Assembly (NCBI GenBank): GCA_016748015.1
Contig: JAAOMT010000602.1
Span: forward strand, 447,696 to 511,695
DNA: 64,000 nucleotides
Source of the DNA: Geosiphon pyriformis uo1
Taxonomy: Eukaryota > Fungi > Glomeromycota
Reading direction: 5' to 3'
Position numbers and translations under genes: made by a program. The notes under the pieces were generated by a model that was not told the DNA's origin, did no database searches, and saw nothing but the letters and a program-made list of their open reading frames with translations. Position 1 is the first letter of the stretch, and each line of letters opens with the position of its first letter. Shown piece after piece: positions 50,778 to 63,610 of this stretch.

Positions 50778-53072
50778 ATATATACATTGATTACAAAAGA
50801 TTAATATTAATTTAGAAGCAAAAATTTGGAAATGACTATTATGCAAGATAAAAAATAGAATTTTTACTATTTAATTATACAATACATTATAAAAAGAAAA
50901 AAGAAAATGGGAATGCTGACAGTTTGTTACAAATGAAATAAATCTTAAAACATTTTAACCCAAAAATATAACAAAAAATGAACACACAAAAATATTTACA
51001 ACTTCAATATTATATTAATATTCAATAGTTTAAGAAAAAATTATCTTAAAAGGAATGAATCAACATAAAACAACAATCAAAAAATTTTATTACTTACCAA
51101 AATATACTATATTAAAAAAACAAAAAGAATTTAGATTAATTATTCAGAATAATCACAAAACCAAAAAATGAAACAATACTATACAACATGTACTCAGATT
51201 CGACAGCAGAACATTTTCATAAAGAAGCAACCATGAAAAGAACTAGAAAAAAATATTATTGGCCATTAATGTATTCAGACATTATCCAATATGTTCAAAA
51301 TTGTGATGCTTATTAGAGAAAAAAAGGAATAAAACCCAATGAACCACTAAGACCAATTAGAGTAAAACAACTATTTGATTGAATTAGAATTGACTTAATT
51401 AGATCATTAACAATAATCAGCAGAGGCAATTGTTATATAGCAGTAGCCATAAATTATCTCACTAAATGACCAGAAGCAAAAGCAATTCAAAGAACAAATG
51501 CAGAATCTGTAGCTAAACTTGTTTATTAGGATTTGATTTGTTAATATGAATATTCAAAAAAATTATTATCAAATCAAGAAACTCACTTTGTAAACAGAAC
51601 ACTAACAGAATTGAATCAAAGATTTAAAATTAAGAGACCATTATTATCACTATATTATCTACAAACAAATAACTTAGTTAAAAGATTCAACAAAACATTG
51701 TGTAAAGCAATAATTAAGATTAGCCAAGAAAACCAAGATAAATAAGATTTGTTTATATTATTAATACTATTTGCTTATCGACTAATAAAGCAAAATACTA
51801 TACAAGCAACACTATTTGAACTTGTTTATAGTAGAACAACAATATTATCAATTAAGATAGACATCAACACATATCTAATGAAACCAATAACAGAAGCCAA
51901 TTTACAAAGAACATTGTTAAGAAGAACATATAAACTAATAGAAACTTTAGAAAATAAAAAATAAAAAGCAGCTAATAATATTCAAAAATCACAAAAAAAA
52001 CAAAAAAAAACAACATAATGGCCAATTATTAAATAAACCAGTTGAATTCAGAATTGAAAACAAAGTATTATTACATCATACCAAAATAAAAAAACAATGG
52101 AATAGAAAATTTAATCCCAAATAGAATAGACCATTTTACATTGAAAAAATTCTAGAGAATAAAACTTATAAACTAAGATAGAACAACAAAATTTTAGCTA
52201 AAGCAGCACATAGAAATTAATTGAAACCATATTATAATATAATACTATTATCTACTAGTAATATTTCACAACTGAGAGCACAACAAATACTAGTCTAACC
52301 AGATAAGATTTTACAAAATTTGGAACCAATTATAATCATTAATACAAACACATTAAAATGATTAACCAAAATAATATAAAAGACATGATATATGTAATAA
52401 AAGCAATAACAGAAAAATGGAAATCTCAGATCACATCTACTTAATGGCTCAACAATTATTCTAAGCTGTAAATCAACAACAATTGAATATAGAAATCATT
52501 ATTAATCACCAAATAATCTGTTATTGGAACACCAAAAAAAGAAAAAAAGCAGAAAATACACTATATTAATAACCACTAAACTCAATAAAACATTGGTTAG
52601 ATAAAATAATAGAAAAAGTGAAAAATACTTTTGGAAAAATACCTATAATTGTTTCAATAAAGAAGTTAATAAAAAAAAGTTAAAAACACTGAACAAAACA
52701 ACTTTCAATATTATATTGTTATTATTAGTTGAAACAAAAACTAAATATTCAAAAACTATATACTAACAAATTTAAAAGAATATTCAATTAAAAAATAATA
52801 CAGCAAATTGAAAACTTTATCAGAAAGAAAACAAACTTATCACTTTATATTAGAACAATCTATTGGCTATACACCATATTTTAAAATTATTCAAAAATAC
52901 TATTATACCCAGAAATAAAGACAATAACCATTAACCAATAAAAAAAAATGAACAATTTACAAATAAAAAACATAAAAACCAGAGTCAAACAAACATTATT
53001 AGAAAAAAAAGTAATAAAATTAATCCAAAATAAAAATTTCAACAGAGCTTAATATTAAAAAGAAGAAAATAA

Positions 53073-53605
53073 TATTACTCATAGAAAAAAGTACAAGAGA
53101 AATAGTAAAAAAAACAGATAAAAAAAATAAACCAATAAAAGAATAAAATTGAACATCTGAGCACATTGTTATTGAATTATGGCATATTGTTTAACAATAT
53201 AAGTAATATTAGTAGATTAAAGCACATTGCTCAAAAAATTATAGCATATTGCTCACAAATATATAAAATTTTATAAAACATTAATTATGTATATATAGTG
53301 AAAATATTAAAAACAGAAAAGACAGAACCCATAGTTAGAATTTTCAGTTAAGAAACACAGTTAGAAACAGTTCAAAATCCACATCACATATCAATAAATT
53401 ATTAATTACTACTTGAATCCATATTATCATTACTTAATTAAAGAATATTAAAATTATTTTCACTTTATCAACACTTTATATTAATAGAATTCAATACTTA
53501 ACTACACTAAAACAATAGCTTTTGATCATGGTTATTGATGAAATATTAAATTTTTTTTTCTTTTTTTTGTTGTTTGTTGTTTACTAACTAATTTAAGGGA
53601 TTAAG
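53073..53605 (+). repeat. Truncated, decayed 3' LTR of element D (A-like family)
   Basis: TATTACTC after the PPT; TATA, GCACATTGC repeats and the R region match the reverse complement of A's LTR; U5 end missing. Confidence 0.7.
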
Positions 53606-53607
53606 CA

Positions 53608-54190
53608 CTAATTAATTAATGTCAAGGATAGTCTGGTAAAAGATCCAAAAATAAGAATATTAAATTTATAACTTAACAGATAGCTTACCTTAAATAATAT
53701 GCTGAATAAAACAGTAGAAATCTCATCTAAGATCTTAGTTAAAACCACAAAAAAGTTTAATGTAATAATAACAAAAACAAATGACTGCTTCCACTTTTCT
53801 AAACTTTTGGTCTTTTTGATCATTTTTTTTAAAAAAAAGATGCTAGCAGTATCTGATATAGAAGCTATGAAAGAAAAGACCAGTTTGTTAACTGGTTTGT
53901 TATTAAAAATTTTTGGGCTCTTTGAAAAGATAGAGACAACACTAAAACTAACTCAAGTGTGTTTCTTTGAGGGAATTTTGACTGATAAAAGACCAGTCAA
54001 AGATAAAAAAGTTGCTTTAATAGTTACTAAAAACAGTTTTTTATAATTATTAAATAAAGAAAAGACTTTTAAAATGTTCTGTCTAGTTGCTTCTACAATA
54101 AAAAGAACTTTTCTAATTGAAATTTTATTAAATATTTTAGAAAAAATATTAGGTATAGCTTTTTTACTCTTTGTTTTGGTTATGGTCATA
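53608..54190 (-). pseudogene. Decayed coding repeat fragment, possibly the ORF1 5' region of a non-LTR retrotransposon
   Basis: Two near-contiguous AT-shifted ORFs. They resemble, from memory only, a high-copy repeat-derived protein in Glomeromycotina annotations; no diagnostic motif is visible. Confidence 0.3.
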
Positions 54191-55385
54191 AAATTAAGAA
54201 AACAAAGAGTATTGCTTTTTTTTTATAGTTTTATTATAATTAATTTATTTAATTTAATTATATTTTTAATTTTTTTAAAATTATTAACTATTTTTTTATT
54301 TTGGTTAATTTTTATTTATTAGAGCTTTTATTATAATTAATAAATTAATAAAATTTTTATTTTTTTATAATTAAAATATATATTTTAAATAATATAATAC
54401 TATTTTTAAGTAGTTTTGTATATTTAAAATTAGATTTGTTTAATGTTTTAATTATATATTTATATATTTATAAACTTGTTATTATTATTATTTAAATAAA
54501 AAGAATTGTTATTATTTATATTTAGATTAAAAAATTTTTTATAATTGATATTAATACTATAAAAATATTAAAAAAAACAAAAATATTCAAAGCTGTATTT
54601 TTTCAGAACACAAAAGCTATATTTAATATAAAATATTTTTATGTAAAGCATTAAAAAAATTACTATTTTTAAAAATTATAAAAAATTTATTTCAATATTA
54701 TTTAGCAATTTTTTTTAAAAAAAAGTAATTTGATTATTAAATATTTGAAACTTTTTATCATAATATTATTATTAAAACTATTTTTATTATTAATTTTTTA
54801 CTAAAAAAACATCTCAGATATTGTTGTTTTTAATTATTATAAAAGCAATAAGAAGTTTTTTTTCTAATTTTACTTATATTTTATTATTATTATATTTTTT
54901 AAAATTTACTTATTTTTATGCTTTTTTAGTTCAATAAAAAGAATTTATTTTTAATAAAATAAGTTTTATCATTTTAAATACTATAATTTATTAAAGAAAT
55001 ATTTGTTTTTATTTTTTTTACTACTTTTAAAATACAACTTATAAATACGTGTATTTTTGTAAATCTTTTTTTTAAAGTCAAAATTTGATTGGTCATTTTG
55101 CTACTTTGTTAGTTATTTTTGAATAAAGAATGATGAAATGGTTTAACAATAAATATCAACAAATTCAATGAATTAAGTTTCATAAATATCGTTTATGCTA
55201 TATAAAATTCAGATATGACAACTCGAAATTCGAGTTATGATTAGGTATTTTATTTGCTAAATTATTATTTGTTTCTTCTATATATCACCTGTTATTGTTA
55301 AATGACATATAATTGTCAAAAATCATAATATCTGCCGAACATAATGAAGGAGACACGTGTGTTTTCCAAAGTATCTAGTTATCAT

Positions 55386-57809
55386 TCAAACTACCCTGTT
55401 AATGCAAGTCCTATACAAGCTACCAACATTGGTTGACCATTTATCAATTGCTGTGTAGCGTTGCGTATCGGTGGATCTTTGGAGTAAAAAAAATATCATT
55501 AACAAGACATAATTATAATATAAACATTTAGGTCCCAAGTTACTCACTGCCGATAAAGTTCTAGTCGCTGATGTACTTGGTCAATTCGCCCAGCAATTTT
55601 GTTGTCAAGTATCAAACCTACAAGTAGATCCTCGACGTCAGAAGCGGGTATGTTCAATTGCTTAAAAAAAAAGGTGAAAGTAAGTTTAATTGTAAAGTAA
55701 GACTTACGACATGACAACTTCTTAGCAAACTTACCTTTGAGACAAAAGGAATTTCTATTCGCGTATATGGTTTAATTAGACGAAGGAGGACCTGGGTGCG
55801 AATGTTCTTAAGGACATCATCAATATAGGTCCGAATGAAAGGGTCATCCATTATAGTGGATCGATTATCTGGATGGAAAATAATCCAGATAAATGAACAT
55901 GTGGGCGTTGAGCTTCAAATTGCTCCATTAAAAGGACACCAATACTTTAATATTATCCTACCTCGAAGGATCTTTTCAAACTCGCGAATTTCTTTACGCT
56001 GATAGGCACTGACCAAATTAGTCATTGCAACAATCTCTGGATCATTTTTGTATCTAGAAGCGATAAAAGAAAAATCAAAAAAAAATATAATGAGAAAATA
56101 TTTAAGTCTCAGACTCACGGCTTTGTCTCTTGTGAATCAAATGGATTGATTTGTGATTCTGTTAACATGTTCGCTAGCACCAGATACCTAAACACAAATC
56201 ATAATAAAGTGAAAATTTTAATAAAAGTAATAATTTGAGATGATACTTGATTGGTAAATTGAAAAGACTTTACTTCAAAACTTGTATACGTTGATGACTA
56301 CCCGCTTCATCATAATTTCGGAAGGACTCAAAGAAATCCGTCTGGGCTTTGTCCCATTCCTCTTTTACAATATGTAAATTAAAAGAATATCAGAAAGGAT
56401 TTTTCTAAAAAATCACATGTCTCCTACTTGGCCTTTCATCATAAATCGTAAATGAATCACCTACTTTCGCCCATGTGCATTTTACCCCCACATTCACGAA
56501 TAACTCCCATAATACGAGGATGTGGAATTGCAGACTTTACATGTAAGCATTGTTGATATAATGCCTATATAAAAACAAAGAAATATTAAAACCTAATCAA
56601 TGTAAATCAGTAATCTATATGAAAACTCGACCTTCAGTTTTTTGTTGTTCTTCGTCTCAGTATACATTTGAATTTCAAGTGCAAAAATTTCGAGCAAATG
56701 AGTTCCTTTACGCTGGTCATCCGTTCCATCATCTTTTTGGCAGGACACATGAAGTTGCCGTAAGATCTAATTGAAAACAGTTATTATATAGCCATTTTTT
56801 TCAGCTAAATTAGAACTCATGAAGAGTGAAGTTACCTTGTTCAGCCTAGTGAACTCTTTGCGATCAAGCCAAAGCTTAGCCAGTTTTAAGTTTGTTTTAA
56901 CCCAAAGACGCTAAATCACCGAAATATTTGTCAAAACTAGAGGAAAACTTTGTTAAAGAGTCCCGATCACAAGTTGTAAAGAGTAACTTATACATCATTT
57001 TTGGCCTCTTCCAGAGCATTCAAGGTGGTTGAATAAAATTCTTCCATGAACGTCATATCTTGGGAAGTAGATATGAAATCTAAGATATTGTTGATGCTCT
57101 TCTCGCTATAATTACGCGTGACAGCAGATTTGGTGTATGTGAGGAGTTGCTTATAATATTTGAGAGTCTAAGAGAAATCACCGAAAATAGGTTTCTTATA
57201 ATTTCCCATTGATTTAGAATCTGAGCAAAGTATGATTGGAATTCACAATGACACACCGATTCGAAATCATTGGCACGAAAAGACAATTTACACATCTGTT
57301 TTAGCGCTTTGAACCCCCTATAAATTTGATTGAAAGGGATAAGTAAATGGAGTTAAAAATCAAAATCCAATGATGCCCTAATTACCAATCACCCTTTTCC
57401 GTTTCAGTATCTACTACGCTCTGAAACTCCTTTATAGCAACGGCTGGGTCATCTTCCTTACGCGCTATAATTTTGGTAATTCAAAGCAAAACAGAAAATT
57501 ATTTAAAAAGCTGCTTGGAGAATCCACACTTTCGCTCTGGAGAAAGGTTCTATTACACAGAGGATAGGTTCGTTGTAGCTGTTGAAATTTACAAACTTAA
57601 GCCAGTTTTAAGTTTGAGGGACCTATAAAATCTTCATAAGGCCAAAGGAAGCTTTTCAACTCTTTTCCTTTTCAGATGATTTTTAGCATACCTTTAGCAT
57701 TGTAGTATTTATTTTCAAGATCGACGTCAGGTTCCTCCTGTTCGTCGTCTTCATAGTCAAAATTATACTCTTCTTCATCGTCTTCGAGCATAAAATCGTC
57801 GTCATACAT
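55386..57809 (-). CDS. CSN2: COP9 signalosome complex subunit 2 (multi-exon)
   Basis: [20 protein letters not shown]...[68 protein letters not shown]...[15 protein letters not shown]; GT-AG introns; TGA at 55386-55388. Confidence 0.96.
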
Positions 57810-57979
57810 TTTCGAATACTTTTTAATCGAGCGGGGAGGTCAAATGCCAATCTATATAAGATTTACGATAAATACAAATAGAGTCTATCTGGCATTATGC
57901 CTAATATCGGATATGATAGATTTGAGAAATTATTTGTTGATTTATCCGCGATCTTTTCTCACTAATTAACTACTCTTCT
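57810..57979. promoter_or_regulatory. Putative compact bidirectional promoter
   Basis: Only 170 bp between two divergent ATGs; contains CCAAT and TATATAA (about 57847-57859). Confidence 0.6.
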
Positions 57980-58986
57980 ATGAGTGCAAATCGTCCCTCC
58001 CGGCACCAGCATGGTGTTCGATACGCGTCAGCGGACCATGATCGTCTTAAACGCGCTTTACTTCAACCAGTCCAACCTTGGTAACTTCTGAACAATTTTA
58101 GTACTAGTGCATTAATGAATTGAGTTTCGAGGCATGTCCAATTTAAAGTTGATTGCATGAAGTTCTTGGCACTAGGGAAAGGAAACTAATATATCCAACC
58201 AATCAGCCAAAGAAATTAAAAATTTTCAAGTGGATTAAATGTTAGTATCTATTAAGTGACTTGATTGTTGCATCGCCTTTCGCAAATTGAAGTTTTCGCA
58301 TTCTGATCCCAGCTGATAGGAAAATAACCTTTGACGAAGATGAAGAGGGCGAGGAGGATGTCATCCGTCAAACAGTAGCAGAGGTTAGGAGGCAATTATA
58401 TTTAGCACACATTATATTCTCTTTATTAATTGCTTCAATCGAAAGGATACGCCAACACCCACACCGTCAATAATTCAACCATTGACAGCGGCTTCTACCC
58501 CACAACCTTCAGAACCTGAAATTGATTCTACTCCTAAATCACATCACACGCATTTTCAACAAACCCTTCCGGAAAAACACTTACGTCCTCCTTCCCTGAT
58601 TGCCACTGCCGTCAAACATTCAACACTCATTCGCGAATCATCGGTTACATCAGGTGTATCAACACCTCCTGCCGATTTATTTTCTACAAACACTGATAAT
58701 AATAACACACCCCAACATGAGACGGGCGCCTCAGGCTTGGACACTCCGGATCGCGAGGAGATTGAAGAGACGGAAGATGAATATGTAGATGATATGATTA
58801 TAGTTTCTGAAGACACCGTCCCCTTGTCTGATTCGACATCTATACGTCGAAGTAGCCAAGAGCTGATGCGATTTTCTGCTTCTGATGCTATTTCTCAACA
58901 GGAAGCCAGAGAAATAGGGCAAGAAGAACAGCAGGCAGGCCCAGAGGATTTGGAGGACGAGGATTTGGAGGAGGAGGATGATGATG

Positions 58987-59048
<62 letters not shown>

Positions 59049-59654
59049 ATTGATGTCGAGGAAAGAATTGATGTTGATGATACTATTGATGCTGATGATG
59101 GTATTGATTATGAGGAAGAGCAGGCAGATGAAGAAGAGGAAGATGAAGGTGAGGGGCTAGGTGAGGCCCATCAAGAAGAAGATGATGACGACGACGATAA
59201 TGATCATGGAGAAGAGCATCGTGAGGATGATGACGATGAGGAAGAGGACGATGATGAAGTAGATGATGACGATGACGATGATGATGATGATGACGACGAC
59301 AACGACGATGAACTTGAGGAACAAATGATAGATATGTTTAGTCAACCACAGCAAATTGAAGAACTTGGTCCATATGAATTGCATTCCCTTCATCATCAAG
59401 CCGGTGATTATGATCAACAGGGAGCTGATTATGTTGGTATCCAGGGTGAATATGGGGCTCAAAGTAGAGAATACAGTGAGCAATCTAATGAATATAATCA
59501 TCAATACGGTGACCATTTGAATCAATATTCTCAAGTTGCATATGGAGGCCTTCAGCCAACAGCTTATCGTCCCGAGATGAATGATATATTAAATTCAGAA
59601 TTAGAAGAAGGGGAAATAGAGGAGGTGGAATACGATGATCTGCGGGAATTATAA
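57980..59654 (+). CDS. BCL7-like (BCL_N motif) protein with a long acidic tail; exons 57980-58080, 58176-58240, 58313-58383, 58446-59654
   Basis: Spliced translation is MSANRPSRHQHGVRYASADHDRLKRALLQPVQPWERKLIYPTNQPKKLKIFKWIKSDRKITFDEDE..., resembling BCL7 DDIKR...WEKKW...LRIYKWV. All GT-AG phases join in frame to ORF 58482-59654. Confidence 0.72.
58989..59045 (+). repeat. (GAT)19 coding microsatellite (poly-Asp)
   Basis: Perfect GAT run inside the acidic exon. Confidence 0.95.
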
Positions 59655-60212
59655 TTTTATGAAGCAAAAATATTTTTTGAGATCATTTCTGAGTTGTTTA
59701 TAAAGCTAGGCAGTCTGATCATTTGAATATTTTATGTATCAAGGAAAATCTCATAAAAATTTAGCTTCTTATTGCACCCAAGGAATTGTTCTGTAAAATT
59801 TTGATATGCCAAACATTTATTACATCAAAAGGAAAACTTTAAAACAGGTATTTCTTCTCATTTATAGCAAAATATCCCGAGATCTTTTAGAACCAAATCC
59901 AATTTGACGATACGAGTTTTAGTAAAATAATCACCAGAAATAATATCAATCTTGAACATTTATATTTTTTGTTTGACTTGGCTTATTGTTGCACATCCTT
60001 TATCGTTAATTTACTGAGCTTGTGTTTTTGATATAGAACAGTATCGTTTGGCAAAATTAATAATGTATTGCTAAATCATTCAATGCTAGGGTGCTATGTC
60101 TGTTATATGCTATTCTCGAAATCCACCATTTTTCTATTATCAACATATAGCTTGTGTATTAAACATTCATCGACATCAATTGAGAGATGATTAATAATTG
60201 GAATTAAATCAC

Positions 60213-60494
60213 CTATCCAAATTCATGAAGATCTCTTTGCAGTTGAGTCTCTTCATCAACATTATCCAATATTTTTAGTGACTCTTTTAAATCACTGTCT
60301 TGTACCTTGTAAACCAAAAAGAAATGTGATTAATTCAAGAATGACAACCAAACCAAAAATCCTTGGCAGAGTTAAGTCTCACTCCTTAATTAACATACCA
60401 ATACATTAGCAGTTTTGTAAGTACTCAAATATAATAAATTAATATCACTCGATATCAATGGATTAGATATTGAATACACAATTCCATATTTGTC

Positions 60495-60530
<36 letters not shown>

Positions 60531-62054
60531 CACACTCAATGATTGAGAAAATGTACGTTGATCAATCTAGGAAAACAAACACATACCCAAAGATCCCATA
60601 ATTGATAAATCCATTTGGATGCAACGCAACGGTATAGGAACACTGCTCATGTTCAACATATGCTCGGGGAATTCATCCAATATTGATTCATCAGTCACGA
60701 GTGAAATTCCGTCAGCAGTTGCCGTATAAGATAGAAACCGATAATCCCTGTTTTAAGGATGAGCTTTTAAGTTTTAATAACACATAGTGATAAGAGGACT
60801 TTATGAAAATAATTTACGGTGCCTTTGTTCGGTTGGATCATCGGATGCCACACGACTATCAAGTAACTCGGGAAAGAATAATATCTTCATCAGAATTATA
60901 CTCATTTCCTCCATGAACTCTCTATTAAAATGCACAATATTCAATGAATTAACTTCTCTTGAATATAAATGTGAAAGCCAAATTTACAAACCGATTCAAT
61001 CCGAAAAGTCGCAAGCGATGCCCAGTCACTCTTTTTGGACATTGTCTACGAACCTCGGCCATTGTCTCTTCCTCATTTTGATACTTTGTAATGCGAAACC
61101 TTTCGGCAAAATTAGACGTAAAGAAAACGGGACTGGAACTTAATAAATATTCTTTTGGAGTGTGACTATGGGAAGAGTTAGATTGAGACTGATGAAGGGG
61201 TTTAAGATAATCAATGTGGATCGGTTCGGAGCCAACCGGAAAACAAAATTCGTCTTCTCCTTCATCTACTACTTTAGTAATTATTGTCGGTTGATGATCA
61301 TCTAATAAGGATGTAAAAGGAGATAGTTTCTGAAATAGCTCTGAATGTTCAAAAGTAAATATAGGCTGAAGAGTCGACACGACAAGAGGTATGCGCTTCT
61401 CTTTGACCTAGATATATAAGATGAACTTGATACTACTCGCTCAAAATATCAAAACAAAATTCTGATTACACGATTATTTTTTTTTCGAAATCAGAATACT
61501 CACAAGCAGAAAATCTTCCTGATAAGTTGACAAGTAGAAAATGGAAACCCCAACTCGGCTTAACAGCGCCGACAAATCATTTATGCGCTTCCCTGAATTA
61601 TCTAGCAGATTTCGATAATTACAAAAAAGGTTTACTAGTAGACACTATCTTATTCTGTACGAGGAGTTGAATTAATGAATATTTCAAATAAAAACTACCT
61701 AGGCCGTCCTCATTTTCAAGAATTAGAGCCTTAAATACGTCTTTTGTTATCTCTACATTAGGGGAAATTCTTTGTAGTTGAACAAAGTCTCTTTGGATTG
61801 AATCAACATCAGCAATGATGGATATCTCAAGAGCGGTTTCCGTGATTGAAAAAAGTGTTTGATTCCTGAGGTGGAAAGAAATAATTTCAGTCTATTCTGA
61901 AAGCAAAATTTATTAAAAACCAACGTCAGGGAAAAACTTTATACTTTGTGGGAAAGAAAATGTTTCGTAAAATGGCATGAGTACTACTAGAACGAAATGT
62001 GTTCTTTGGAATTGAGACTATCTGTAGACGAACGGGTAATATAGAGATTGACAT
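60213..62054 (-). CDS. CASTOR/GATS-like tandem ACT-domain protein (multi-exon)
   Basis: MSISILPVRLQIVSIPK, LFSITETALEISII, VSIFYLSTYQEDFLL-VKEK, RFLSYTATADGISLVTDE, KYGIVYSISNPL..INLLYLSTYKTANVL-VQ; TAG at 60213-60215. Confidence 0.85.
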
Positions 62055-62873
62055 TGAATTAAATATATTATTTTTTAGCAAATCGTTGGGTTGAGAATTT
62101 ATAGCGAAACTTTGGAGGAAAAAAAATGCTCAACGATTTTTTACTGTCGAATTGTCAAGAACCGTTGATCAACCAGCATGACTCATGATGGTATCAATGT
62201 ATAAATAGACCTTTGGACACAAAAATACTGTTAATGGGCTGAGAAACAATAAAACGAGTTAAAAACTAGTCTGTACAATGGGAGTAGATTTAAAGTTTCA
62301 CGGAGATTATTTTTAATAAAACTTAAATGATATAAATTAAACAAAGCTGAAAATCTGATTTGCAAACCTTCCCATTTGGGTAGGTCTCGATCAATGCTTT
62401 TTGTTGATCCCTGGAACGCTCGGATAAAATCTCGCGTTTCAAATTGGGCTAGCTGAATTTAGCTTTATTATTATTATAAAAAAACGAAAAAAGTTTTCCA
62501 TATTAAATTAAAACAATAACTATGATTGTGTATAGAAAAATATTTTTGAGCCTTAAATTTCTCGTGAGTTTTATAAAGATTATTTTTAAATAATAGATTT
62601 TTTAATCTTTTTTAAATGAAAAATTAGGTTTCAAAGTTTTTCAAAAATTGATATTATGTTATTGTACAGTCATTTTTTATGATTATTAAGAAAACAATTA
62701 TTTACATTTTAGTTTAAACTTTAAAAACATAAATAATTTGGGTTTTAAAAACAATTTAAGGAATCATTAATAAGTTTAAAATATTAATCAACAATTATAT
62801 ATTAATATTAATATATATTTACAATTAATTTAATTTTATATTTTAATATTTTATAAATTAAAATATATTAGTT

Positions 62874-63610
62874 TTACCCAACGGTCACTCGGAATGCGGG
62901 CCTGCGTACGCATGCTATGAAGGCGTTACATGGAATTCTGCCGGTTGCCAAGAGACAGAAACTTTATGACAGGAGTTATCCCAGACTGATGTGTTTGAAG
63001 TGCAGCGAAATCGAGAGCTCTGATCACTCGTTCACCTGTGGGGCGGACGCCGATATTCGGGCAGAAATCGCTAGCGAATTATGGGATTTATGGAAGCCGA
63101 TAATGGGAGCATATCGAATTGAGTCGATTATTCTCAAGCAGTTACGGAATCAAATTCCTCAGTAGAAAGACAGGGATCTGGATGTTGATGTTAATCTTCA
63201 CATGTCATTTGCCAAGGGCTTTGTTTTCAGGGAGTGGTACAAGGAATCACTCAAACTCTTCAAGGATTGTAAGTTAGCCACGTCCAAAATTGTCGAGTTG
63301 GTAAGAAAATTTATGATCATGCATCGGGATCGGGTATGGCTTCCTCGCGCTGCGCTTAGGGCTAGTAACGAGAGGGATGGGTTGTTGTATCCAGTGATGC
63401 TGTGGCGAAAAAAGCACAGTTAGGTGTTGGTTTTCTTTATGGTCCTCATTGTGGAGGAACTTGACAACTTTAATTATTTACCCCCCCCCCCTTCCCTAGT
63501 GTAGTCTTGGCCGGCTCGGGGCGCGTGAATTGGGTCTATTGTAACGCATATACATGTAGGACCACACATTGTAACAGCAGTTATATAAAATTGTAAAAAA
63601 TCAAAAAAAA
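62874..63610 (+). mobile_element. 5'-truncated non-LTR retrotransposon (LINE) 3' end
   Basis: LHGILPV...CLKCSEIESSDHSFTC is a zf-RVT-type C-terminal zinc motif. The GC-rich island sits in very AT-rich flanks and has a 3' UTR with a poly-C run and an A-rich tail. Confidence 0.8.

Larger units (their letters stand above)
27738..53605 (+). mobile_element. Ty3/Gypsy element D (outermost host; 5' part presumably left of the window, beyond A; interrupted by E)
   Basis: pol at 27738-29194 (KNYKHIKIFIYN, RT) resumes at 50782 (FDV|YIDYK); IN ATG at 50978; ORF3 at 52385-53058; PPT; truncated 3' LTR at 53073-~53605. Confidence 0.85.

Noticed and set aside
58011-58080. Alternative start MVFDTRQ spliced directly to 58313
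   Set aside because: It is phase-compatible but skips the exon carrying the BCL7-like WERK...FKW motif; the 57980 model is better supported.
58978-59534. Poly-Met and poly-Ile/Val ORFs
   Set aside because: These are alternative frames of the GAT/GAC poly-Asp repeat.
60495-60526. (AAT)n run in a CASTOR-like intron
   Set aside because: It is an ordinary microsatellite.
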